64,000 bases of DNA from Chloroflexota bacterium (GCA_027623675.1 JAQBVF010000001.1:117497-181496); one strand, 5' to 3'. Positions 1-10,396 are shown, counted from the first letter of the stretch. The notes: generated by a model from the letters alone, not told the origin. A program made the numbers and translations.

Positions 1-1478
1 CCGGACCCGGCGCCACCAACCTGGTCACGGGAATCATGGGCGCCAAGGCCGACTCCGTGCCCATGGTCGCCATCACCGGCCAGGTCGCCCGGGCTTCCCT
101 GGGTACCGAAGCCTTCCAAGAGTGCGATATCTGCGCCATCGCCGCCCCCACCACCAAACAGGTGTTCATGGTTATGTCCGCCGCCGACCTGGCGGACACG
201 GTGAGAGAGGCATTCCACGTCGCCCAAGAGGGCCGGCCAGGCCCGGTGTTGATCGATATTCCCCGGGACGTCCAGCTAGAACTCGCCGAAGCCAATTTCC
301 CCGAAGTGACCCCCATCACCGCGCCCGCTGTTTCCGATGAGGCTTTGGAGCGCCTGAAAGAGGCGGCCCGCCTGATCAACGAAGCCGAGCGCCCGCTCAT
401 CATCGCCGGCCACGGCGTGATGACCTCCGGCGGATCCAAAGAACTTCTGGAACTGGCCGAGCGGTCCGGCATACCGGTCATAAACACCCTGTTGGGACTG
501 GGCAGTTTCCCCGCCGGCCACCCCCTGAGCATGGGCATGCTGGGGATGCATGGCATGTACTGGGCCAACATTTCGGTGGACCAGGCCGACCTGCTGATCG
601 GGGTGGGCATGCGCTTCGACGACCGGGTTACCGGCAAGGTCGACACCTTCGCCCCACACGCCAGGATCATCCACATGGATATCGACGCCTCCCAGATCGG
701 GCGCAATGTTCCGGTGGAGGTCCCGGTGGTCGGCGACGCCAAGGCCCTACTACAGAAGTTGACGCCCATGGTGACCAACGTTCCCAGGCCCGACTGGATG
801 CAGTACATCCAGAACTTAAAGCAGGACCACCCGTCGCTGACCATCCCGCCCAGCGATAAGCTCCAGCCCCAGCAGGTGATCCGTGCTCTGGATACCATCT
901 TGCAAGACGACCCGGAGACCACGGTGGTCACCGGAGTGGGCCAGCACCAGATGTGGGCCGCCCAATTCCTGTCGTTCAAACACGCCAACACTTTCGTGTC
1001 GTCCGGCGGGCTTGGGGCCATGGGGTTCGAGCTGCCAGCCGCCGTGGGCGCCCAGGTTGGCAAGCCGGGCGCGCCGGTATGGGCGGTCGCCGGAGACGGA
1101 GGCTTTCAGATGACGCTTCAAGAACTGGTCACACTGTCGGAGGAGAAGCTGCCGGTGAAGATCGCCTTGATCAACAACGGCTACCTGGGCATGGTGAAAC
1201 AGTGGCAGGAGATGTACTTCGACAACCACTTGAAGGCGGTGCCGGTGAACGGCCCCGACTTCATCAAGCTGGCCGACGCCTATGGCATAGCATCCCTCCG
1301 GGTCACGGAGCATGAGGATGTGCTGCCTGCGCTGCGAAAGGCCCAGGCCCACGACGGCCCGTTCCTGATCGAGTTCGTGGTAGACTCAGACACCAACGTT
1401 TATCCCATGGTCCCGCCGGGCGGCTCTCTAGCCGACACGCTGGAGGACCCGGCCATGAGCAACCACAAAGGGATCTAG
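1..1478 (+). CDS. ilvB: Acetolactate synthase large subunit (5' partial, starts before window)
   Basis: Frame is open from the window start (GPGATNLVTG); GMLGMHG, RFDDRVTG, GQHQMW, and TPP motif GDGGFQM...NN. Confidence 0.95.
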   Translation, partial: GPGATNLVTGIMGAKADSVPMVAITGQVARASLGTEAFQECDICAIAAPTTKQVFMVMSAADLADTVREAFHVAQEGRPGPVLIDIPRDVQLELAEANFPEVTPITAPAVSDEALERLKEAARLINEAERPLIIAGHGVMTSGGSKELLELAERSGIPVINTLLGLGSFPAGHPLSMGMLGMHGMYWANISVDQADLLIGVGMRFDDRVTGKVDTFAPHARIIHMDIDASQIGRNVPVEVPVVGDAKALLQKLTPMVTNVPRPDWMQYIQNLKQDHPSLTIPPSDKLQPQQVIRALDTILQDDPETTVVTGVGQHQMWAAQFLSFKHANTFVSSGGLGAMGFELPAAVGAQVGKPGAPVWAVAGDGGFQMTLQELVTLSEEKLPVKIALINNGYLGMVKQWQEMYFDNHLKAVPVNGPDFIKLADAYGIASLRVTEHEDVLPALRKAQAHDGPFLIEFVVDSDTNVYPMVPPGGSLADTLEDPAMSNHKGI

Positions 1479-1510
1479 CGGGGGACCCAACGGAAAAATA
1501 ACTGAACAAC

Positions 1511-1542
1511 CCCCGGCCAAATTTATCTAACGATGGCCGGGG
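1511..1542 (+). terminator. Stem-loop after ilvB
   Basis: ccccggcca / tggccgggg 9-bp inverted repeat; weak U-tail. Confidence 0.4.
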
Positions 1543-1561
1543 CGTATTTACGGGAGTCCAC

Positions 1562-1975
1562 GTGGAAAAGCTATCTATTCAGGACGCTTCCCGCCGGCTG
1601 AATATATCCCAACGCGATGTGCGGGAATACATCCGGAAGGGCGAACTCAAGGCTGAACGCGACCCAGACTCGGAGCATGGCCGCTGGCTGGTGATCATGC
1701 CCGAGGAAGGCTGGCAAGACCATTTCAAGGCCTACCTGGATGAGTTGGACGCCAGCATCACCCGGTGGTGGTGGGTCAACGAGCATAAGACCGGGTCGGT
1801 CCATTATCTCGAGAGGACCGGCATCGAAAACGTCGAGCCCGATTACCTCTGTGGGCTATCCTCCGAGAACCTCTGGCCGTCTGCCGGCCATTCCCGGAAC
1901 GACCGCTGCCTGGAATGCCTGATGCGGGCCACGGAACAGGGACTGCCTCTGTTCGAGGAAGACCTCACAGACTAG
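1562..1975 (+). CDS. Excisionase/MerR-like HTH protein with C-terminal putative Zn-binding domain
   Basis: LSIQDASRRLNISQRDVREYIRKGELKAER (HTH_17-like); C-terminal H..C..CxxC; GGAG RBS before GTG. Confidence 0.7.
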   Translation: MEKLSIQDASRRLNISQRDVREYIRKGELKAERDPDSEHGRWLVIMPEEGWQDHFKAYLDELDASITRWWWVNEHKTGSVHYLERTGIENVEPDYLCGLSSENLWPSAGHSRNDRCLECLMRATEQGLPLFEEDLTD

Positions 1976-2018
1976 GGTTTATCCGGGGCCTATCAATGGT
2001 CGGTGCCGGCTGGAACGC

Positions 2019-3443
2019 CTAGCCCCCACCGCCGGGGCCGCCTGCGCCGATGCCCGGCTCGGTCATGCCGGCAGGGTCGAGAAGCTTGTCCAACTCGGCG
2101 TCGGACAATTCTGTCTTCTCCTTGGCCATCTCTCTGATGGTCGTACCTTTGGCCGAAGCCTCTTTGGCGATGGAGGCCGCGGCGTCGTAGCCGATGGCCG
2201 GCGCCAGGGCCGTCCCCAGCATCAGCCCCTTCTCAACCATGTCCGGCCCTACACTGGTGGCCGTGATCCCCTTGACGCACTGGTCGGCAAAGTTATGGGC
2301 CGACGCCGCCAGAAGGGAGATTGACTGCAGGATGTTGTAGGCCGCCACGGGCATCATGGTGTTCAACTCGAAGTAACCGCCCTGACCCGCCAGGGCCACC
2401 GAGGCGTCGTTGCCGATCACCTGGGCCACCACCTGAATCACCGACTCAGAGATCACCGGGTTGATCTTGCCCGGCATGATGGAACTGCCCGGCTGCACCT
2501 CCGGCAGGGATATCTCGCCCAGGCCCGCCCGGGGTCCGGAGGCGATGAACCGGATGTCGTTAGCGATCTTGTGCATGCTGATGGCGATGGTCTTCAACGC
2601 GCCGCTGGCCTCGACCAACGCATCCAAAGATGACTGGGCCTGGAAGTGGTTGGCCGTCTCTTTGATCACGATCCCCGAAGCCTGGGAGATCGTTAGGCAG
2701 GTCCGGCCGGAGAACTCCTCGTGGGTGTTCACTCCGGTGCCCACGGCGGTGCCGCCCAGAGCGACCTCAGCCAAGGCTTCTTGAGCGCGGTGCAGGCGCT
2801 GGATGCTGTACTCGGCCTGCCCGGCATAGCCCCGGAACTCCTGCCCCAGCCGAACTGGAGTGGCGTCCTGCAGGTGGGTGCGTCCCGTTTTGACGATGGG
2901 CCAGAACTCGTCGGATTTCTTGGTCAGTTCCTCGGCAAGAAATTCCAGCGAAGGAATCAGGTCTTCTTTGATGGACAGCAGCGCCGCCACGTGGATGGCC
3001 GTGGGTATCACGTCGTTGGACGACTGGCCCATGTTGACGTGGTCGTTGGGATGGACGAGCCTTGAGCCCAGGTCTCCGCCCAGGATCTGGCTGGCGCGGT
3101 TGGCGATGACCTCGTTGGCGTTGGTGTTGGTGGAGGTGCCGGAGCCGGTCTGGAATATGTCCAGGACGAAGTGCTCATCCAGCGTGCCGTCGATGACCTC
3201 TTGGGCCGCGGCGACGATGGCGTTGCCCGCCTTCTCCTCCAACAGGCCCAGCGACATATTGGTCTTGGCCGCCGACTGTTTAACCAGGCCCAGCGCCCGG
3301 ATGAAGGCCCGGGGAAAGACCAGGCCGCTGATGGGAAAGTTCAAAACCGCCCGCATGGTTGACGCGCCGTACAGGGCGTCGGCTGGGACTTCCATCTCAC
3401 CCATGGAGTCCCGTTCAATTCTCACTTTGGGGCGCGTGGACAT
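2019..3443 (-). CDS. fumC: Fumarate hydratase class II
   Basis: RIERDSMG, QTGSGTSTN, HPNDHVNMGQSSND, KTGRTHLQDA, GSSIMPGKINP. Confidence 0.95.
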   Translation of the reverse strand: MSTRPKVRIERDSMGEMEVPADALYGASTMRAVLNFPISGLVFPRAFIRALGLVKQSAAKTNMSLGLLEEKAGNAIVAAAQEVIDGTLDEHFVLDIFQTGSGTSTNTNANEVIANRASQILGGDLGSRLVHPNDHVNMGQSSNDVIPTAIHVAALLSIKEDLIPSLEFLAEELTKKSDEFWPIVKTGRTHLQDATPVRLGQEFRGYAGQAEYSIQRLHRAQEALAEVALGGTAVGTGVNTHEEFSGRTCLTISQASGIVIKETANHFQAQSSLDALVEASGALKTIAISMHKIANDIRFIASGPRAGLGEISLPEVQPGSSIMPGKINPVISESVIQVVAQVIGNDASVALAGQGGYFELNTMMPVAAYNILQSISLLAASAHNFADQCVKGITATSVGPDMVEKGLMLGTALAPAIGYDAAASIAKEASAKGTTIREMAKEKTELSDAELDKLLDPAGMTEPGIGAGGPGGGG

Positions 3444-3615
3444 GGCGGTACCGTCCTAAATCAAATCTCATGTTGGGCCAAAGCCCAAACCCACATGATT
3501 CTAGCGGCTGCAGGTCGACTTGGGTAGTGGGCGGTATCAGACACAAGGTTTCTGGGCCGCACGCCTCCCCGGGAGCGGCTCGATATTTTATGATTGCTGA
3601 CTGTAATATATCCAG

Positions 3616-5037
3616 ATGATTCGACGGATCGGGCGCAGACTGATAATCGCTTTCCTGGTGACGCTTGCCGTCGCCTGCGGCGCAGCGTCACCGGGCCCGT
3701 CCGAGGTTGTTCTGGCACAACCAACCGATACACCGGTCACAACCCCCGCAGAGAGGGCGCCGACGCCCACTCTAGTGGCTACCGAAAACCCCGCGGCTTC
3801 ACCGACCCGGCCGCCGGCGCGCTCTTCCACAATCGCTCCTCGGCCCGCCAGCCAGCAGGCAGCTTCGGAGCCCCTGCTGGATTGCACTCCGCATTCCCTA
3901 CCTCAGCGCACCCAGCGGTCGTTGGCCGTGGACCCGAATGACGATGACAAGATCTATATCGGCGTCGAGCAAGAGGGCTTCTTCAAAACGCATGACGGTG
4001 GAAAAACGTGGCAAAGGGCCGTAACCGGCATCAAAGCCTGGGACAGGACTGACGGGACGGGCCTCTGCTATGAGGAGTTTTACTCGACAATCATCGACCC
4101 CGATGACCCGGACCACATCTGCATCGCCATGGCCGGGGGTCCGGGCACGGTCAGCGTCACAAACACCAGCGCCGGAAACAACGGAGTGTACTGCTCGGTG
4201 GATGGAGCGGAGTCGTGGACTCAGAGAGTGAGCCCCCACATGAATACAGCGGTATATTCCATCTCCGCTGACCCGGAAGATTTCGACGTTATGTACGCCG
4301 GAGTGAACGGCGGTTCCTGCTCCAACCTGCCACCTGTGTGCGACCCCGACACCTATTTCAACTCGGTGGGGTCGGTGTACCAGACCAAGGACGGGGGTCT
4401 GACTTGGTCGGAACTCAACACATTGGCGGCGCGAGACGTTAGGGTAATCTCGGTGCGCGTTCACCCATTGGACCCCCATCTGATAGTGGCGGCGACCTTT
4501 TCCAAGGTCACGGTTCAAGGGGGAAACGCCGGCAATTTTGAAGGATCAACCCAATTGGGACTCATCCGGTCCCAGGACGGCGGGAAGACCTGGAGTAGTT
4601 CGGTGAACGGAATGAACGATTCTCCACGGGAACAGGCCCTTCTCGGCCTTGAGATATCACCTCGTAACCGGTCCCGACTGTACGTCACCGCCTCAAGCAA
4701 CACATCGTATTGGTCATCGGACTCAGGGGAGACTTTCCACCCGTCCCGCAGGATGACGGCCTTCGTCTTTGATCCGTTCGATAGCGCAGGCCTGCACATG
4801 CTGGGCAGCAATGGGGAATCGATACAGGAAAGCACCGACGGCGGTGAGACCTGGGGTATGATCTCCGCCACGCCTGGGTTTGTTTCCTTTCAGAGCGGGG
4901 TTCCAACCGCTCTGGTATGGAGCGGCAACGACCCTGACAAGGTATTCTTGTCCGGCCCGTACGCCACGCTTTATGTGTCGCCAGACGGTGGCGTCACCTG
5001 GTCGCAGTTGCTCTCCGCCGAGCGGCTACCCAAGTAA
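3616..5037 (+). CDS. Lipoprotein with BNR/Asp-box repeats (beta-propeller)
   Basis: Lipobox AVAC after basic/hydrophobic signal; Pro/Thr linker; repeated (S/T)xDGGxTW. Confidence 0.8.
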   Translation: MIRRIGRRLIIAFLVTLAVACGAASPGPSEVVLAQPTDTPVTTPAERAPTPTLVATENPAASPTRPPARSSTIAPRPASQQAASEPLLDCTPHSLPQRTQRSLAVDPNDDDKIYIGVEQEGFFKTHDGGKTWQRAVTGIKAWDRTDGTGLCYEEFYSTIIDPDDPDHICIAMAGGPGTVSVTNTSAGNNGVYCSVDGAESWTQRVSPHMNTAVYSISADPEDFDVMYAGVNGGSCSNLPPVCDPDTYFNSVGSVYQTKDGGLTWSELNTLAARDVRVISVRVHPLDPHLIVAATFSKVTVQGGNAGNFEGSTQLGLIRSQDGGKTWSSSVNGMNDSPREQALLGLEISPRNRSRLYVTASSNTSYWSSDSGETFHPSRRMTAFVFDPFDSAGLHMLGSNGESIQESTDGGETWGMISATPGFVSFQSGVPTALVWSGNDPDKVFLSGPYATLYVSPDGGVTWSQLLSAERLPK

Positions 5038-5054
5038 CCTCTCCGCCATTATAG

Positions 5055-5102
5055 AAAAGAGAAAGGCGGCGGCGCAGCCGTATTCCAGCCACGCCACCGC
5101 CT
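5055..5102 (-). terminator. Intrinsic terminator for the GMC gene
   Basis: Minus strand aggcggtggcg...cgccgccgcct followed by ttctctttt. Confidence 0.55.
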
Positions 5103-5140
5103 GAGTAAACACTGGATGGCCAGCACAACACGGCTGCCGT

Positions 5141-6691
5141 CTACTTGCCCTCTTTGATCCAGTCGGCAACGCGCTCGGCGATCATGATGGTGGTGGCGTT
5201 GGTGTTGGCCCGGATCACGTCGGGCATGACCGAGGCGTCAATCACGCGCAGTCCCTCCAGGCCATGGACCCTGGCGTACTGGCTGACCACGGCCATGGGG
5301 TCGGAGCTCGGCCCCATCTTGCAGGTGCCAGAGACGTGGTGCTGGGTGTAGCAGTTGGTCATGATCCAGCGGTCCAGTAGAGCATCCTCGGCCAACTCTT
5401 CCTTGGTGGGGTTGATCTGTTCCACCACATGGGCGGCGAAGGCCGGATGCTCGGCGACCTTCGCCGCCATGCGCATCGCCCCGCGCATCCGCTCCCGGTC
5501 GTAGTCGGCCGAGAACAGGTCATAGTTCAAGTAGGGCTGGTCGTGGGGGTCGGTCGTGTTCAGGGTAAGCTCACCGGCCGACGTGGCGTTCTGGAGGCCC
5601 ACACTCAGTCCAAAGTGGAACGTGTCGCCCTCGTAGGACACGCTGGCCGGGCGGTGCTCGCTGCTCATCAAAGTGGGCGTCATCTGGAAATCGCCCCGGG
5701 TCGGCGACCCCGGCAGACTGAACCGCAGGCCAACCTGGAGGCTGGGAGTGTCGATGTCGGGCGGGTCTCCCTCGCCCTTGAACAGCATGTAGGCCGCCGG
5801 ATGGTCGCGCAGATTCTTGCCCACGCCGGGCAGGTCATGGACCACGTTGATGCCCATCCGCTCCAGTTCCTTGGCCGGGCCCACCCCGGACAGCAGCAGC
5901 GCCTGGGGCGAGCCGATGGCCCCGCCAGACAAGATGATCTCGCTGCCTTCCACGTTGAACACCTCGCCGCCGCTCTCAGCCTCGACGCCCACGGCCCGCT
6001 TGCCCTCGAACAGGACTTTGCGGATGGCAACCCCGCCGCGCACGGTTATGTTAAGTCGGTGCCGGGCCAGGTTCAGGTAGGTCAGGGCGGTGCTCATGCG
6101 GACACCGTCGATATTGTTCAGGGGACGGGCCGCCACGCCGGTGGAGTCGGGGTTGTTCTGGTCGGGGTCTTCGGGGAAGCCCACGCCCAGGCAGGCCTGG
6201 TAGAACGCCTCGGCGACGGGGATCCAGTCCTCCCGCTTGAAACGGCGCACGGGCAGCGGGCCCTCGTTGCCGTGGAAGTCGTCGCCGGGGAAATCCCAGT
6301 CATTCTCCATCTTGCGGAAGTAGGGCAGGATCTTGGTGTAGGCCCATTCATCGTTGCCCCACTCGGCCCACTGGTCGTAGTCCTCGGGCAGGCCCCTGAA
6401 GACCACCTGGCCGTTGACGGCGCTGGAGCCGCCGGTGGCCTTGCCCCTGGGGATGATGATCGGTTCCGGTTGGAGCGGCGTGGCCGTGGCGCGGTAGTCC
6501 CAGCTATGAGGGCCGTAGGCCGACCGCCAGACGTTGTAGCCCTTCTTAAGGTCTTCGGGCAGGTGCTCGTAGTCGGGATAGTCGGGGCCGGCCTCCAACA
6601 GCAGCACCGTCTTGGTTGGGTCTTCAGAGAGCCGGGTGGCCACCACACAGCCGGCCGAGCCGGCCCCAACGATGATGTAGTCGTACTTCAT
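5141..6691 (-). CDS. GMC family FAD oxidoreductase (choline dehydrogenase/MftG-like)
   Basis: YDYIIVGAGSAG, PRGKATGGSSAVN, PGVGKNLRDHP, H..GTCKMG, GLRVIDASVMP...NT. Confidence 0.9.
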   Translation of the reverse strand: MKYDYIIVGAGSAGCVVATRLSEDPTKTVLLLEAGPDYPDYEHLPEDLKKGYNVWRSAYGPHSWDYRATATPLQPEPIIIPRGKATGGSSAVNGQVVFRGLPEDYDQWAEWGNDEWAYTKILPYFRKMENDWDFPGDDFHGNEGPLPVRRFKREDWIPVAEAFYQACLGVGFPEDPDQNNPDSTGVAARPLNNIDGVRMSTALTYLNLARHRLNITVRGGVAIRKVLFEGKRAVGVEAESGGEVFNVEGSEIILSGGAIGSPQALLLSGVGPAKELERMGINVVHDLPGVGKNLRDHPAAYMLFKGEGDPPDIDTPSLQVGLRFSLPGSPTRGDFQMTPTLMSSEHRPASVSYEGDTFHFGLSVGLQNATSAGELTLNTTDPHDQPYLNYDLFSADYDRERMRGAMRMAAKVAEHPAFAAHVVEQINPTKEELAEDALLDRWIMTNCYTQHHVSGTCKMGPSSDPMAVVSQYARVHGLEGLRVIDASVMPDVIRANTNATTIMIAERVADWIKEGK

Positions 6692-6853
6692 GCCTGTCTC
6701 CTCAAAGCGGTTATTCGTGTGACCTGAGATCTTGGTCCAAACGGGGTGTTCTCGAGAAGTTCCCTCGGGAGGTCTTGCAGGGACTCTTCCGGGGAGTAGA
6801 CCGGCGAATTATACCCTGGCCGGTGGACAAAGGGGACCGGCGGCGCCAACGAA

Positions 6854-8053
6854 TCATCTGACGCTGGCCAAGATCCCTTTCAGGTCGTCCACGCTCTCGA
6901 TCTTGCGGACGTTTCGGTGGAGGCCGAAATCGGTCATGGCGTCGGCTGCGATCTGGTCGATGTCGTCCTCGGAAACGCCCACCTGACTCAGCCTGACCGG
7001 CAGATTCAGGCCGCGGAATAATTCTTCCACGGAATCTGCCGCGGCGGCGGCGGACTCGCGGTCGTCCAGTCGGTTATCAACCACTCCCATGGCGGCGGCG
7101 AAGCGGGCCTGCCCGGCGGCGTTGGCCTCGGCATTAAAACGCATACCGGGGGCGGTCAGGATGGAGTAGGCGTCGCCGTGGCCGCATTCGGGGTAGCGAG
7201 TGTCCAGCGAGTGGGCCAGGGCGGTCACCACCCCGAGTGCGCTGCCCCCGGCCCCGGCGTCGGTGGCCCGGTTGTACAGGAAGGCCGCGGCGCACAGGTT
7301 GATGCGCACCGCCGGGTTATCGGGCTGGGACTCCACCAGCGGCAGGTTCTCGGTCATGAAACGCAGCGCCTCCAGCAGGTCGCTCTCCGCCAGCGGGTTG
7401 AGGCCAGTGCGCTGCAGGGCGGCGGCGATGCCGGTGAAGCAGGACGCGGTGGCGTTCAGACAGAGCCAGGGTGATGCCGTGAGCAGCGCTTGGTCGTCCC
7501 AGATGACCGCTTGAGGCCGGGTCTTGGGGTCGAACAACTCTAGCCGGTGGCCCGACTCTGGGTCGATTAGCGCGGTCCCGGCACGGGTGACGGCGGTGGT
7601 CGCAGTTGTCAGGACGATGAAGTTGGGAATCTTGGGGGCCATCAGGCGGGGACTAACCGGCGGCTTGCCCGCGGGATATTGGGTGCACAGTTCCTGGGCG
7701 GTCCCCTTCTCGGCCAGCAGGATTGTGATGCCCCGGGCGGTGACCACGGCGCTGCCGCCGCCGACCGCCACGATGCCGTCCGCGTCGACCTCCCTGGCCG
7801 CCGCGACACCCGCCAACACCGATGTCAGTGGCGAACCGGTCTTTCCTCCGCTGAACACACCGGCGAACCGCTCTACCAGGGCTTCCCGCACCCGTTCCAC
7901 CAGGTCGGTATTGTTGGCGATGGACTGCCCGCAGACAACCAGCACCCGCTGTGCTCTCGTCCGATCGACCTCTTCGGTCAGCTTGCTGATGGCGTTCGGT
8001 CCGGCATGGACCCGCACGGGATAGCCGACGAAACGGAAGGGATCGGTGGTCAC
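6854..8053 (-). CDS. Iron-containing alcohol dehydrogenase family protein
   Basis: AVGGGSAV, TALAHSL, HGDA, LNLPVRLSQVGV; GTG start chosen from the AGGAG RBS. Confidence 0.85.
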   Translation of the reverse strand: MTTDPFRFVGYPVRVHAGPNAISKLTEEVDRTRAQRVLVVCGQSIANNTDLVERVREALVERFAGVFSGGKTGSPLTSVLAGVAAAREVDADGIVAVGGGSAVVTARGITILLAEKGTAQELCTQYPAGKPPVSPRLMAPKIPNFIVLTTATTAVTRAGTALIDPESGHRLELFDPKTRPQAVIWDDQALLTASPWLCLNATASCFTGIAAALQRTGLNPLAESDLLEALRFMTENLPLVESQPDNPAVRINLCAAAFLYNRATDAGAGGSALGVVTALAHSLDTRYPECGHGDAYSILTAPGMRFNAEANAAGQARFAAAMGVVDNRLDDRESAAAAADSVEELFRGLNLPVRLSQVGVSEDDIDQIAADAMTDFGLHRNVRKIESVDDLKGILASVR

Positions 8054-8141
8054 GGCAATCATTCTCCTGGGCTTGGCTGGGGCAGTGACTAATGGTGCCA
8101 CCCACGTCAATATTTGGCAACCGGCGTATCCGGCCCCATTG

Positions 8142-8169
8142 TTGACAGTTAATCCCGGTGGGCTATCAT
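8142..8169 (+). promoter_or_regulatory. Sigma70-like promoter
   Basis: TTGACA-16 nt-TATCAT upstream of the 8313 ORF. Confidence 0.5.
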
Positions 8170-8312
8170 GTGCAGAATCACCGGTATGCGGAGTCTGACC
8201 ATGGCGCGGATGGCTGGCAATTCGGATCCCACCCCAGGGCGTAATCCGGCGTTCTTGTTGCAGCCTCCGGTGGTAGAATCGAGCCAAGTGTAGGACCCAA
8301 GACGAGAGTTTC

Positions 8313-8852
8313 ATGCCAGAACTGAGCAAGAAAGATGAGACCCGCATGGTGCGCTACCGGGGCCAGAGCCTGCGGTTGCTGCAAGACGCCATGGACGAGA
8401 TTCGCGTCGGCCGCTGGCTGCGCTGCGAGGAACTTCTCTGGGGCAGCCTGACGCTGGCGGTGAAGGGCGTGGCCCTGGCCCGGGGGCGGGATCTGGACGG
8501 AGCCAAGGCCGTCGAGGAATACGCCATAGAGTTGGGCAACGAGAACCGGGACCGCCGGATCAGAGAGGCTTTCACGAAGCTGGGGACATTCGGCGAGACC
8601 GCGGAGAGGGTGAACGAGGCCCGGATCAGGGCCGACCATCTGGTAAACACGCTGGAAGATGTCACCGGGGCGGTCGAGCGGCTCTGGGACATGGCGCCCG
8701 GCGGCGACCTGCTCTCCAGGCTGGTCCAGGGCGACTTCGACGCACCGGAAGAAACAGACAATGATCACGGCCTAAGCCTGCTTAACGGCCCAACGCAAGA
8801 GGAACTGGACGAACTGGAAGACATGGACGGAGGCCCCCTTGGCCAGGTCTGA
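8313..8852 (+). CDS. PaREP1/HEPN-like helical protein with acidic tail
   Basis: LLQDAMDEIRVGRWLRCEELLWGSLTLAVKGVALARG resembles PaREP1 'A.EE...GD..QA.EK.W.A...AVK'. Confidence 0.6.
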   Translation: MPELSKKDETRMVRYRGQSLRLLQDAMDEIRVGRWLRCEELLWGSLTLAVKGVALARGRDLDGAKAVEEYAIELGNENRDRRIREAFTKLGTFGETAERVNEARIRADHLVNTLEDVTGAVERLWDMAPGGDLLSRLVQGDFDAPEETDNDHGLSLLNGPTQEELDELEDMDGGPLGQV

Positions 8853-10197
8853 TCAACGGGCCGGCCAACCGGACGCCGCAACCGATATGGGGCGTCAGCC
8901 CACCGTGTCCATCCACACCCAGGGCTGCAAGCTGAACCAGGCCGACAGTCAGGCGCTGGCCCGGCAATTTGAGCAGGCCGGTTTCACCCTGGTGCGTACC
9001 CCGGCACGGGCCAACGTGGTGGTGTTGAATTCCTGCACCGTGACCGCGACCTCCGATGCCAAAGCCCGCCAGTACCTGCGACGCGCCCGCCGGACCAACC
9101 CCGATGCCTTGGTGGTCGCCACCGGCTGCTACGCCCAGCGGGCCAAGCAAGACCTGGCGGCGATGGATGCCGTATCTTTGGTTCTGGACAACCGCGACAA
9201 GCCGCAACTGGTTTCAACGGTGGCCGGCAGGCTGGATGCCGCGCCGGTACGGTCCATGGCAAGCGGTGCTTCGCCCCTGGACCTGTACGCGGGCCGAACC
9301 AGGGCCATGGTGAAGATACAGGAGGGCTGCGACCAGGTCTGCGCCTACTGCATCGTGCCCAAGGTCAGAGGCCGGGAGAGGAGCATCCCACCCGAGGAGA
9401 TAATCGCCCAGATAAATGGGCGGGCCGCGGAAGGCTGCCGGGAGGCGGTATTGACCGGCACCCAACTGGGCACCTACGGGTTCGACCTGCCGGACATTAG
9501 CCTGAGGGACCTGGTGGCGCGGATATTGGCCGAGACGACCGTCGACCGGTTGCGGGTGTCTTCCCTCCAAGCCCAGGAGATCACCCCGGAGTTGTTAGAC
9601 CTGTGGCAGGACCCGCGGCTCTGCCCCCATTTCCACATCCCGCTGCAGAGTGGCAGCGACACCATCCTGCGGGCCATGCGCCGCCGCTACGACACCGCCC
9701 GGTTCGCGGAAACGGTGGAGTTGGTGCGGTCTAGGATCCCGGACGCTGGTATCACCACCGATATCATTGCCGGCTTCCCCGGCGAGGGCGTAAGGGAGTT
9801 TGCCGAGAGTTACAGTTTCGCCGCGTCCATGGGCTTCAGCGACATGCACGTGTTCCCCTACTCCATCAGGCCGGGAACGTCGGCGGCCCATCTTGGCGGG
9901 CAGGTCAACGACGCCCGGAAACAGGAGCGGACCGGTGAGCTGCTGGAACTGGCGGCCGCCGCCGGCCTGGAATTCCGCCGGGCGGCATTGGGCCAGACCA
10001 GGCCAGTACTCTGGAAACCCGCCGGCCTAGATAACCGCCCAAAAAGCGCCGACGGGTATTGGACCGGACTCACCGACAATTACCTTAGAGTGCGGGCGCA
10101 GTCCGACCAGGACTTGGGCAACGTCATCAAAGACGTGCGGTTAACAGGTCTACCTAAGGAAATGGACCATGGCTTGGTCACAGGCGAAGTCGTCTGA
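8839..10197 (+). CDS. mtaB: tRNA t6A37 methylthiotransferase MtaB
   Basis: HTQGCKLNQADS, NSCTVT, TGCYAQ, radical SAM motif CDQVCAYC, HVFPYS.RPGT, GLTDNYLRV. Confidence 0.9.
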   Translation: MARSDQRAGQPDAATDMGRQPTVSIHTQGCKLNQADSQALARQFEQAGFTLVRTPARANVVVLNSCTVTATSDAKARQYLRRARRTNPDALVVATGCYAQRAKQDLAAMDAVSLVLDNRDKPQLVSTVAGRLDAAPVRSMASGASPLDLYAGRTRAMVKIQEGCDQVCAYCIVPKVRGRERSIPPEEIIAQINGRAAEGCREAVLTGTQLGTYGFDLPDISLRDLVARILAETTVDRLRVSSLQAQEITPELLDLWQDPRLCPHFHIPLQSGSDTILRAMRRRYDTARFAETVELVRSRIPDAGITTDIIAGFPGEGVREFAESYSFAASMGFSDMHVFPYSIRPGTSAAHLGGQVNDARKQERTGELLELAAAAGLEFRRAALGQTRPVLWKPAGLDNRPKSADGYWTGLTDNYLRVRAQSDQDLGNVIKDVRLTGLPKEMDHGLVTGEVV

Positions 10198-10396
10198 TCG
10201 ACTCCCCCGGACTTCGCGTGGGCTAGTCCAACTGTTCTTCCCTCGTCAGGGCAGTTAGGACATCGGCAGTTGGCTCCCGCAGCCGGCAGTCCTGCCGGCA
10301 TCAAGCCTTTGCCAGATTGTGTTCCCCTTCTGGTTATCCGATATTAAGTTGTACGCCATCGGGCCGATAGTTCGGCCACCGGATGTTTAACCCGGT

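Noticed and set aside
5429..6727. Long antisense ORFs (this one, also 15543-16529, 20486-21463, 43804-45306, 50185-51282)
   Set aside because: Shadow ORFs opposite well-identified genes, expected in high-GC DNA
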